Shown here in pieces: positions 10,101 through 17,439 of a stretch of 29,905 nucleotides of DNA (position 1 is its first letter; each line of letters starts with the position of its first letter). A program made the position numbers and the translations under genes. The notes below the pieces were generated by a model that was not told the origin of the DNA, searched no databases, and saw nothing but the letters and a program-made list of their open reading frames with translations. This DNA is from a virus. Taxonomy: Duplodnaviria; Caudoviricetes. The stretch covers positions 1-29,905 of IMG/VR virus record IMGVR_UViG_3300032125_000015. One strand, written 5' to 3'.

Positions 10101-11566
10101 AATTGGCTACTCAAATTACTACAAAAGTAGAATCATCAACTTATAATAGTAAAATGACACAGCTCGATACTGCGATTAATTTGAGAGTTCAATCTGGCGA
10201 TGTGACAAGTGCAATATTGGCTGATAAGACAATTAAAGATACTCGAAGTGATAACCAATTACCCTCATGGTACTTTGCAAATTATCCTAAACAGATTGTT
10301 TTTGAATTTAAACAGAGGTCGGTTATGGGCGTTACTGGTAGTGCGACATACGGTCAACTTGAAACTAAAGTAATTTGGAACGGAACTTCTGGTGGTGTAG
10401 TTACTCAAATATTTTCATCATCGGATGGGGTGTTTCAAAGACAAGGAAATTCACAGGCGACTACTTGGCTCGCTTGGGATAAAATTGCTGAATCAGGGAA
10501 GTTAATCAGTCAAATAAATATATCAACTGAGGGGATCCTCTTACAAGGTAAAAGGATTCAATTAGATGGTGATGTCACAATGACAAATGCCTTTGCTGAT
10601 AAGATCAAGACGATTGACCTAATAGCTGACAGAATAACTTCCGGAACGTTAAATGCTTCGGTTGTCAATCTCATAAATATGAATGCTTCTAAGATCGTTA
10701 CTGGTACGGTTACAGGAGCAAATAGTGCTTGGAATTTAAACACCGGACAAATGAATTTTAGTAATCCTTCAACCGGAGATAATTTAATCTTTGATCAAGG
10801 AGAAATTGAATTTCAAAACAGTGGTCAAACACGATATTTAAGATACAATGCTGAAGGATTACAATTAGTACCTGGTTCCGGAAACACTGGAACATCAAAA
10901 AATACTTCGCTATATCTAGTTGGTGGTGGTAGCGGTTCATATCAATATATTCAATTTTTAGAAGGCGGTGGGAATAATTATTCTCAAAGGTTAGAAGCCG
11001 AAGGTGGAAATATTCGTGCTTTAGTTTCTCCTAGTGGTACTTTTGAAGTTCGAGCAAACATCTCAAAAAATTGGAATGAAGTAAAAGCCGGCAAATTGAC
11101 AGTTGCTTCAAACTTTTCTGCAGCTACAATGTCTGTAACTGCTGGTAGTTTAGAAACTGAAAGATATGGCGATAGAAGTATCAGACTTATGCCTACAGGT
11201 ACAGGAAAAGTTGAAACAACTGATGGAACATACTGGTGGACGGTCAAGGCTAAAAACTTTGAAAGTGTTTCTAGTAGGACGCTTAAAACAAATATAAGCG
11301 CATATGAAGGTTCTGGTTTACAAATAATTAATAGCTTGAATGTTGTATCGTATGACATGATACAAGATATAAGCAACGGTATAAACGATAAAAAAGTAGG
11401 ACTGATTTCTGAAGATAGTTATGAAGTGGCAAGTTCTGATGGATTGGCTATTGACACATATATGTTGAGCATTTTTAATACAAAAGCAATTCAAGAAATA
11501 TACAAAGAATTTAGTATTGAGATTGCAGACTTGAAAGAAGAAATACGCATATTGAAGGGAGGTTAA
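7109..11566 (+). CDS. Tal-type tail spike / host-specificity protein with C-terminal intramolecular-chaperone-like domain
   Basis: N-terminal Tal/endopeptidase-like region (V.EERNG.FELEMKYP, GGEYRFDN), WTPAPED motif, coiled-coil repeats, C-terminal SSRTLKTNI... Peptidase_S74-like domain. Start placed at GTG 7109 after GGAGG. Confidence 0.85.
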   Translation: MAILYKANETDFNHLGLGPLNDAVSILVTEERNGMFELEMKYPIKGSKFNELKLDRLIKADSGHNLKGQRFKIIRVTKPIDGISTINAEHISYLTQDLLLKPTVNYSGTASQALNTWNNNLVDVSPFIVASDITANGSGSWSIKEVKNAREALGGVSGSILETYGGEYRFDNYSICLMAQRGVNSGALIAYGRNLVDLTQEESISETFTSIYPYATYQDSNDKEQLLILPEYFVDSEYVGNYARRKILPVDFSEDEIKDVATLRSRTNSYIKSNGIGIPKVNMQIKYIDLAKTLDYKDLAILEEVNLCDNIFVYFEQLDVNTSAKIIKTVWNDLLEQYDSIEVGEAKSSLSNSINSTVDGKLETIVKRVNTIQLTADGLNVIYRGLEEPAPGNTGDLWYEPDGIYENMYQWDGSIWKLMLSTREFDTIKKESEKNKQDLELEKTRIDQTIVKADQAIVDAGFAKINSSTAITNALEATGLANIAKTNASTAITDSSTAITNAQTALNAYDNLKIGGSNLIGNFNFSFGKYIATDSGLIMNGDAINGVSEKILVSTNKFITLNLYDTITNYPYGAYSKIAFYREDGTFISQTPNVSWSVPTSATYPIPESTDHIRISLIGFDIYKYKLEFGNQGTAWTPAPEDVQVQITDINGELSRKASQTNFDTLNGTVTNQSTLISQSQTAIGLKADKTVTDTLSSTVSKHTTDIKATSDGLALKADSSFVNTVKGTVDTHTTQIKATSDGLVLKAESSLVNTINGTVNTHTGQISANSTAIALRLTSAQVDSLVLGKNYVNQTTLNATSTSLSTQITQVETSKVDIVQDMGGAGKIFDNPVMDSRSSVTGALIINTPITSHYMVKLSVSGYNYTDTNSNIDLEIAFYATSTLSKCTYVNKGNFPVDNVRIARDSNGRVVVIIGTDASTWAYPKIQVTQAIIGHYVPPDSYKDGWSIEYLTVFPAYTLMRDVLGVDYNVKISTIEQTVDGIQTTVATKASQTQVTQLATQITTKVESSTYNSKMTQLDTAINLRVQSGDVTSAILADKTIKDTRSDNQLPSWYFANYPKQIVFEFKQRSVMGVTGSATYGQLETKVIWNGTSGGVVTQIFSSSDGVFQRQGNSQATTWLAWDKIAESGKLISQINISTEGILLQGKRIQLDGDVTMTNAFADKIKTIDLIADRITSGTLNASVVNLINMNASKIVTGTVTGANSAWNLNTGQMNFSNPSTGDNLIFDQGEIEFQNSGQTRYLRYNAEGLQLVPGSGNTGTSKNTSLYLVGGGSGSYQYIQFLEGGGNNYSQRLEAEGGNIRALVSPSGTFEVRANISKNWNEVKAGKLTVASNFSAATMSVTAGSLETERYGDRSIRLMPTGTGKVETTDGTYWWTVKAKNFESVSSRTLKTNISAYEGSGLQIINSLNVVSYDMIQDISNGINDKKVGLISEDSYEVASSDGLAIDTYMLSIFNTKAIQEIYKEFSIEIADLKEEIRILKGG
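9077..9436 (+). repeat. Four 30-aa repeats in the tail fibre shaft
   Basis: KASQ.../KADK.../KADS.../KAES..., 90-nt period, e.g. HTTDIKATSDGLAL and HTTQIKATSDGLVL. Confidence 0.85.
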
Positions 11567-11569
11567 ACA

Positions 11570-11716
11570 ATGAACGAACAAGCAATCAATACAGTTATCA
11601 CAGGTTATGCTATTGAGAATGCGAACTTGAAAATTCAAGTCGCTACTCTATCGTCAGAAATGGAAGAATTAAAAGCATCACAAAATAAAGAAGAAGAAAC
11701 TAAGGAGGAAAAATAA
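11570..11716 (+). CDS. Small 48-aa coiled-coil protein, not in the ORF track (MNEQAINTVITGYAIENANLKIQVATLSSEMEELKASQNKEEETKEEK)
   Basis: SD GGGAGG upstream; fills the gap after the tail fibre gene. Confidence 0.75.
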   Translation: MNEQAINTVITGYAIENANLKIQVATLSSEMEELKASQNKEEETKEEK

Positions 11717-11717
11717 T

Positions 11718-11957
11718 ATGTTAAAATCAACTAAACAAATCAACTTAAACGGTACTTCAGAAATAAACGGTCAAGTGGTGGTTTCTTTAAACTCCATGAT
11801 ACCTAGTGATACAGGTGTAGGCAATATTAGCCAATATGTACAAAATGCTGAACTGTATGAAGCAAACAAAACTCAAGTTCGAAGTGATGTTGCCGCATTT
11901 ACGGATCTTGTATATGCAATCGAAGATGAACTTGCTGCTGAATCTGTAGTTGTGTAA
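11718..11957 (+). CDS. Hypothetical phage protein (tail-fibre associated)
   Basis: Strong SD AAGGAGG; followed by a terminator. Confidence 0.75.
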   Translation: MLKSTKQINLNGTSEINGQVVVSLNSMIPSDTGVGNISQYVQNAELYEANKTQVRSDVAAFTDLVYAIEDELAAESVVV

Positions 11958-11972
11958 TAGTAAATTTAAACG

Positions 11973-12001
11973 AAGATCTATTCAATCGAGTAGGTCTTTT
12001 T
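11973..12001 (+). terminator. Intrinsic terminator after the tail module
   Basis: AAGATCTATTC-AATC-GAGTAGGTCTT hairpin running into a T-tract. Confidence 0.7.
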
Positions 12002-12040
12002 ATATTGAATTAATTTATTTAAAGAAAGGATGGCACACAT

Positions 12041-12436
12041 ATGCACGAAAGTGAACCAAGTTTAGATAATCACGAAACACGTATTTATGCATTGGAAAAA
12101 TCTAATTTAGATACGCAAATAAGTATAAAAGATACTCAGAAAAGTATTAAAGAAGTTAAGGAAGCTATGTTGGTCAATCAAGGTCAATCGTTCGAACAAT
12201 CCAGAGTAATGATGTCACAGAATGAAAGCTTAATGAAGCAAAATGAACGAATGTCAGCAATGGTTGGCAATGTTTTTGAAACGGTAACCATTACAAAAGA
12301 AAAAGAAGCTGTACGATCAGATGAAATGAAACGATTGTCTGTGGATACTCGAATGAAGTTGTTTAGTATGGTCATTGGTGCAGGTAGTATCGGTTATCTA
12401 GTGATTGATTTTGTTATTAATTTATTAGGAAAGTAG
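12041..12436 (+). CDS. Coiled-coil protein with C-terminal TM helix (XhlA-like lysis accessory)
   Basis: Coiled-coil N-terminus, single hydrophobic C-terminal segment, first gene of the lysis cassette. Confidence 0.6.
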   Translation: MHESEPSLDNHETRIYALEKSNLDTQISIKDTQKSIKEVKEAMLVNQGQSFEQSRVMMSQNESLMKQNERMSAMVGNVFETVTITKEKEAVRSDEMKRLSVDTRMKLFSMVIGAGSIGYLVIDFVINLLGK

Positions 12437-12445
12437 GAGATAAAC

Positions 12446-12808
12446 ATGGAACAAATACAAACAGCTCTATTGGGAGCATTAGGTACAGTCCTGGTCACTT
12501 TAATTGGTATCGCGACTAACAAGGTGGTTGCCTTTATAAACGACAAGGGCATCACGGAAAAGCTTAATAGAAAGCAGTATCTAGTTGATATTGCAGTTAA
12601 TGCAGCTGAACAAATTTATCAAAATGAAGATGGTTCAACCAAGTTGGCCAATGCACGAAAACAAGCACTAGAATTGCTGAACGAAAATAAAATTAATATC
12701 ACAGGAACAGAATTGAATAACTTGATTGAATCAAGCGTAAAAGCAATGAATGACGCGTTTAATAGCACAAAAGTTGGCGTAATTGAATTGAAAAAGGAGG
12801 ATAAATAA
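12446..12808 (+). CDS. Holin (LL-H-like)
   Basis: N-terminal TM segment, AVNAAEQ and LIESSVKAMN motifs, upstream of the lysin. Confidence 0.8.
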   Translation: MEQIQTALLGALGTVLVTLIGIATNKVVAFINDKGITEKLNRKQYLVDIAVNAAEQIYQNEDGSTKLANARKQALELLNENKINITGTELNNLIESSVKAMNDAFNSTKVGVIELKKEDK

Positions 12809-12809
12809 T

Positions 12810-13847
12810 ATGACTAAAGTTTTATTAATCGCAGGGCACGGAGAAAACAGAAACGGTTCATTTGATCCAGGAGCTTTAGGATATATCAGCAAAGGTGAAC
12901 ATAAGTATTACGAACAAGATTTCTTCAAATCAGTTGAAAAGTTTTTGCCAGCAAATAGCAACATGATTTTATTTAGTGAACACAATGTATATGATTACAA
13001 AGATTTAATAGCTTTAGCTAAAAGTTACGGTGAAGATACTATTGTTGTTGAAATGCACTATGATGCAAGTAATGACGGTTCTGCTAGCGGTGGTCATGTA
13101 ATTGTTCATGCTGATTATGAACCTGACAAAATTGACTTAGCTATTCGTGATGTGATTCAAAAACATATCGGAGTACGTTACACCCACAAAGGACATAAAG
13201 GTATTAGCGGCCGTGATAATTTAGGCAACTGTAACAGAGCTAAAACAAGTGGGATTAATTATCGTTTAGTTGAGTTAGGATTTGGGACAAACAAGAAAGA
13301 TTCAGATGTGATGGTTAAGAATGTGGATACTATTGCTAAAGATTTTGTCATTGCATTAGTTGGTAAAGCAAGTAGCGAAGCTGTCACTGTCAAACCGGTA
13401 ATAGCTGTTTCAGTTGCTAAACCAGTGGATACTAAGTCTATTGATCAGTTAGCTAAAGAAGTTATTGACGGTAAGCATGGTTCTGGTGATGCGCGTAAAA
13501 AAGCACTTGGTGCTAATTTTAACGCTGTGCAGAACCGAGTAAACGAATTATTGAAAGTGAAGTTTGCTGTAAAAACTCCAGCAAAACCGATTCAACAACT
13601 AGTCAATGAAGTCATGGATGGTAAGCATGGTAATGGTGATGCTCGAAAGAAGTCTTTAGGTAGTAATTATAATGCTGTAATGAATGTTATAAACGGCAAA
13701 GCTGTTAGCAATAAGAAGTCAGTTACCACAATCGCTAAAGAAGTAATCGCTGGTAAATTCGGCAACGGAGCTGATCGTAAGAAAAATGTTGAAAAAGCTG
13801 GTTACAATTATAACGAAGTTCAAAAACGTGTGAATCAATTACTTTAA
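12810..13847 (+). CDS. Endolysin: N-acetylmuramoyl-L-alanine amidase (Amidase_3) with three CW_7 (Cpl-7) repeats
   Basis: AGHG...DPGA, E, EMHYDA and LVELGF zinc-amidase motifs; three EVI.GK.G.G..RK..LG.NY..V...VN repeats. Confidence 0.92.
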   Translation: MTKVLLIAGHGENRNGSFDPGALGYISKGEHKYYEQDFFKSVEKFLPANSNMILFSEHNVYDYKDLIALAKSYGEDTIVVEMHYDASNDGSASGGHVIVHADYEPDKIDLAIRDVIQKHIGVRYTHKGHKGISGRDNLGNCNRAKTSGINYRLVELGFGTNKKDSDVMVKNVDTIAKDFVIALVGKASSEAVTVKPVIAVSVAKPVDTKSIDQLAKEVIDGKHGSGDARKKALGANFNAVQNRVNELLKVKFAVKTPAKPIQQLVNEVMDGKHGNGDARKKSLGSNYNAVMNVINGKAVSNKKSVTTIAKEVIAGKFGNGADRKKNVEKAGYNYNEVQKRVNQLL

Positions 13848-13858
13848 TAGACACAACA

Positions 13859-13895
13859 AAACCCTATCTTTTAATTTAGGTAGGGTTATTTTTTT
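13859..13895 (+). terminator. Intrinsic terminator after the lysin
   Basis: AACCCTATCT...AGGTAGGGTT hairpin followed by a T-run. Confidence 0.8.
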
Positions 13896-13906
13896 AATCA
13901 AAATTA

Positions 13907-13935
13907 TGTACAAACGTACGTTCTTTGTGTATAAT
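13907..13935 (+). promoter_or_regulatory. SigA-type promoter (TGTACA-17-TATAAT) with a LexA/DinR-like box AAAC-GTAC-GTTC (13912-13923)
   Basis: Perfect -10 and 4/6 -35 at 17-bp spacing; the box is one mismatch from the Gram-positive SOS box GAAC-N4-GTTC. Confidence 0.55.
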
Positions 13936-13955
13936 ATATTTATAGTCCTTAAAAG

Positions 13956-14032
13956 ATTATATAAGCTGATTAGGTCAATATACTATTGTATAAATGGCCT
14001 TTTTTTGTTTTAATTGGTATAGCTTATATAAT
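13956..14032 (+). promoter_or_regulatory. Structured leader: 12-bp perfect inverted repeat enclosing a terminator-like hairpin
   Basis: ATTATATAAGCT (13956-13967) and AGCTTATATAAT (14021-14032); inner AGGTCA-A-TATAC-TATT-GTATA-AA-TGGCCT plus a T-run (13972-14006). Confidence 0.65.
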
Positions 14033-14051
14033 TATTTAGGGGGAATTCATT

Positions 14052-14975
14052 TTGCCACGAACGAAAGAAGTTAAATTTTATTATTTTAAACTGAAGTATT
14101 TAGTAGACGGAGATCCGGTAAGATTAGATTTAAGTGATCTTTTAGACGGAATAAGAGGACGATACGGAGAAAATGATAATCGATATTCATATGAATTTGA
14201 TTATGAGCATTCTAAGTTAGCTTATGTATATTCTCCTCCTGAGGATAACGGTAATTATCAGTTAACTTTTGAAAGACTAAGAGGTTTTAATTATCCCGTC
14301 AGAACTAAATTGTCTGGAAATTCAGAAGGATTAGGTTTAGAAGAAGATGAATTTTTAGGAGAGGAAGTAACAGTTCTTTATGATCCTCAATACTCCATAA
14401 TGATGATACAAAATAACAGAAACTCATTGAGTTATAAAGCAATAGAATTATTTCTAAATTGGTTGATTCGTGATAATAATCCTGAAGTGCAAGGTGTAAT
14501 AAGTTTAGTGTTACAGGTAGAAAATAATCCAACCAGAAGAGTAAGTAGATTTATTGGTTTTAGAGAAGTACTGTTGAAAACAAATATAGCAGTAAACGGA
14601 AATAATGAAGGATATGTCGATGATTTTATAGGTAAGTTACAGGAAGACGTTGGTGAATATGAAGCTGATGATTTTGATGTTGAAATTAAAATTACTGCTA
14701 AAACAAAAAAAACCTCTGATAAACCTTATTTGCCGCAACAAATTGTTGACGACATGCTTTCTTATGAAGGTCTAGATGTCACTAAAAGATTACATGTTAA
14801 AGGTTACGATGATCATGATACTTTTACCTTTGTTAATCTTATTGAAAATAAGTTATATGATTCGCATAGTTTCAACTTTAGAGAAAATCGTCAGCTTAAT
14901 AAAGACGTGGTTTTTAATGAAATGCGATTACTATATAATGAAGTCGGGCAAAATAAAATAATAAATAACCGTTAA
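14052..14975 (+). CDS. Moron gene A: 307-aa soluble protein, DUF6731/DUF4747(RexA)-like by eye; putative phage-exclusion sensor
   Basis: TTG start with SD AGGGGG; AT-rich; motif L.LEEDEFLGEEVTVLYDP...IMMIQNNRNSLS; sits between lysin and attP. The CDS is secure, the function is inferred. Confidence 0.6.
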   Translation: MPRTKEVKFYYFKLKYLVDGDPVRLDLSDLLDGIRGRYGENDNRYSYEFDYEHSKLAYVYSPPEDNGNYQLTFERLRGFNYPVRTKLSGNSEGLGLEEDEFLGEEVTVLYDPQYSIMMIQNNRNSLSYKAIELFLNWLIRDNNPEVQGVISLVLQVENNPTRRVSRFIGFREVLLKTNIAVNGNNEGYVDDFIGKLQEDVGEYEADDFDVEIKITAKTKKTSDKPYLPQQIVDDMLSYEGLDVTKRLHVKGYDDHDTFTFVNLIENKLYDSHSFNFRENRQLNKDVVFNEMRLLYNEVGQNKIINNR

Positions 14976-14997
14976 TCTTTAGAAAGGATTAATTGAA

Positions 14998-15513
14998 ATG
15001 AAAATTATTAAATACAGATTTCCTTTTATATACTTTGTAGTTTTTAGTTTGTCTATATTTATTGGATACTCAGCAGACTCTGTTGGAATCAATAATAATT
15101 TAATCAATTATTATGATTTTATAGGAGATATTTTAAATTTCACTGCTATATTAACCGGCTTTATAGGTGCGATTATAAGTATATTAACATCCATTTCTAA
15201 AAGTTCGCCCATCATAACTAGTATATTGAAAAGTAAAAAGGCTTTGAGTCAATTTGTAAGCAGTATGGCTATACCGTTTACTACCGGTTTTATTACGATT
15301 TTCTTAAGTATGGTATTGAGGTTGAAAATTAACAATCCAGAGCTGTTTTTGTCTTTTAGATACATCAATGTAGCGTTATTAAGTTTAGCAATTTTTTTCG
15401 TTGTCACTAGCTTTTTAATGACATTTTTTGTTTTTTATATTTTCTTTTTAGATGGATTTAGTAATAAAAATCAAAAAGAAAAAAAGGTGTTTAAACCAAC
15501 CTTAAAAAAATAG
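14998..15513 (+). CDS. Moron gene B: 171-aa protein with four predicted TM helices; putative RexB-like effector
   Basis: Four hydrophobic segments and a basic C-terminal tail; SD AAAGGA; 22 nt after gene A. Confidence 0.65.
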   Translation: MKIIKYRFPFIYFVVFSLSIFIGYSADSVGINNNLINYYDFIGDILNFTAILTGFIGAIISILTSISKSSPIITSILKSKKALSQFVSSMAIPFTTGFITIFLSMVLRLKINNPELFLSFRYINVALLSLAIFFVVTSFLMTFFVFYIFFLDGFSNKNQKEKKVFKPTLKK

Positions 15514-15548
15514 CTGTTGAATAACTTAATAATTATCTTTATATAGTT

Positions 15549-15583
15549 TAAAGCCCTTTCCAACTAAGGAAAAGGCTTTTTTT
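15549..15583. terminator. Terminator between convergent accessory genes (probably bidirectional)
   Basis: AAAGCCCTTTCC-AACTAA-GGAAAAGGCTTT followed by a T-run. Confidence 0.75.
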
Positions 15584-15601
15584 ATTTAAAACATAGTTTA
15601 A

Positions 15602-15844
15602 TCATAATTCCTCAAAAAATTCCTCGACAAACTTTATCTTAGTTAAATACTCATTGATTAAACAATCAGCAAGATTCCGCGCATCATCAGTAGTACCACA
15701 AGGGTAGGTAGTTGAATCTTTTTCGTAACTAACAGTTACATAAGGCGTTTTTATAACAGATCTAAAAGCTTCTATTTTCAGATCTTCATGTTTAAAACAA
15801 CTTATACTTGTATCTGGTGGTAAAAATTCTATAAATGCTTTCAT
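15602..15844 (-). CDS. Hypothetical 80-aa accessory protein next to attP
   Basis: Strong SD AAAGGAG on the minus strand; ends near the terminator. Confidence 0.65.
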   Translation of the reverse strand: MKAFIEFLPPDTSISCFKHEDLKIEAFRSVIKTPYVTVSYEKDSTTYPCGTTDDARNLADCLINEYLTKIKFVEEFFEEL

Positions 15845-15972
15845 TCAAGATTCTCCTTTAAAAGTGATACTTATACTATACGCAGATTAATTTAAATGAT
15901 TTATTTATTATGAAATTATTTATCTTCCTAGTCGTTAAAACTTAGACAGTTATAAATAGGTAAGTTCTTTTT

Positions 15973-16022
15973 TTGTTGCTAAAAGGATTGCTCTTATCCA
16001 TAGCCAATCTATTTAGCTATAA
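15973..16022. other. Putative attP for the large serine integrase
   Basis: 50-bp imperfect inverted repeat (GCTAAAAGGATTG / CAATCTATTTAGC, 11/13) centred on TC 15997-15998 and overlapping the integrase stop; no terminator-type T-run after the stem on either strand. Confidence 0.65.
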
Positions 16023-17405
16023 ATTCCAAGAAACAGTTAACTTTTCCCCGTCTACAGCTATTGAATCCACAAAATAATCTACCATTTTAATTTTTTTTGC
16101 AACTGATTCTGTTTCCCAATTGAATTTATTTAAATTAGTTAGTGCTGTTTTTATCTCTTTTTCGTCTCTTTTTTCATCGAGTTCTTTCAGCAATAAATCA
16201 AGATGTATTTTTTGTTCGTTTAATTTTTCTATTCGTTCGTTTATTTTTTCTGGTGTAATTGACCCAAACTGAAAAAGTTCAATTAATTTGTCTACCTGGT
16301 TGTCAATTGATTTAATTTCATTTTTGTAAGCTTTCTTTTTTTGAGCTGTTTCATCTAATTCAGGAGCAGTTAAATCTTTTAATGTTAGTTTTTTTATTAA
16401 TTTAATTACACGCTGTTCAAGTTCTGCTACGTTGTATCTTGAATTGTCACATTTTCTATCTTTGATTAGTTTAGGAGAACTCCAATTTTTAGAAGAACAA
16501 GCATATTTTACATAGCGATATTTTTTAGATCCGGTCACTTGTCGATAATACTTTGCGCCACATCTACCACAATAAAGTTTTCCGTTTAATAGTCCTTTTT
16601 GCTCGTAATTTGAATAACTGTAAACCAAGCGACTGTCATGTATTTTTTGTGCAGCATAAAATGTTTTGTCGTCAATAATCGGTTCATGTAATCCGTCGTT
16701 TATTTCTCCAGCAAACGTTACTTTACCAATATACAGTGGGTTTGTAAGAACGCCTTTCACTTTTGTTCTAGTCGTAACTTGATTAGGATATTTATCATGC
16801 AATTCAATCACAATTTGTCTTGGACCTTTTCCTTGTAAATACAGCCCGAATACTTCTTTGACTACCATAGCTTCAAATTCATTTACAATTAGTAGTCCGT
16901 TTGTATAGTTGTACCCAAGAGGCTTAAAATTGCCTCCACCGTGATAGTAACCGGCTTTAGCTCTTTCTACACGTCCCATGCTCATACGTTCTGTAATTGT
17001 ATCTCTTTCAAGTTGTGCAAATACGGATAAAATACCAATCATTGCACGTCCAAAAGAAGAGGTTGTATCAAAAGATTCATTCATGGAAACAAAATTAACA
17101 TTGTTTTTTAAAAATACATCTTCTATTAAATATAATGTATGCTTTTGCGATCGTGATAAACGGTCTAATTTATAGACTAAAACAATATCTATTTTGTTGT
17201 TCTCTATATCTTTAATCATCGCTTGCAGCCCTGGTCGATCTAATTTAGCTCCGCTGTGACCTGGATCGATATACTTGGCAACTAAATTATAATCTTTAGC
17301 AAGCGCAAAATTCGTTAAACGATCTTCTTGCGCTTGTAGTGAATATCCTTCTTTTACTTGCTCAAAAGTGGAAACTCTTAAATAGATGCCGGCTCTTAAT
17401 TTCAT
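16017..17405 (-). CDS. int: Large serine integrase (resolvase + recombinase + Zn-ribbon/coiled coil)
   Basis: YLRVST catalytic Ser, SGAKLDRPGL, LDRLSRS, FAQLER, CGRCG...YAC...C. Confidence 0.95.
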   Translation of the reverse strand: MKLRAGIYLRVSTFEQVKEGYSLQAQEDRLTNFALAKDYNLVAKYIDPGHSGAKLDRPGLQAMIKDIENNKIDIVLVYKLDRLSRSQKHTLYLIEDVFLKNNVNFVSMNESFDTTSSFGRAMIGILSVFAQLERDTITERMSMGRVERAKAGYYHGGGNFKPLGYNYTNGLLIVNEFEAMVVKEVFGLYLQGKGPRQIVIELHDKYPNQVTTRTKVKGVLTNPLYIGKVTFAGEINDGLHEPIIDDKTFYAAQKIHDSRLVYSYSNYEQKGLLNGKLYCGRCGAKYYRQVTGSKKYRYVKYACSSKNWSSPKLIKDRKCDNSRYNVAELEQRVIKLIKKLTLKDLTAPELDETAQKKKAYKNEIKSIDNQVDKLIELFQFGSITPEKINERIEKLNEQKIHLDLLLKELDEKRDEKEIKTALTNLNKFNWETESVAKKIKMVDYFVDSIAVDGEKLTVSWNL

Positions 17406-17439
17406 TTATTTTTACTCCTATCTATGATAAAATAAGGTA

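Noticed and set aside
7109-11566. Diversity-generating retroelement or invertible tail-fibre cassette
   Set aside because: No reverse transcriptase or invertase gene, and no template/variable repeat pair seen in the window.
15924-15975. Weak hairpin plus T-run left of attP
   Set aside because: Pairing is interrupted and AT-rich; no plus-strand transcript evident to terminate.
15973-16022. Integrase terminator
   Set aside because: On the int strand the stem is followed by an A-run rather than a T-run and the loop is long; attP fits better.
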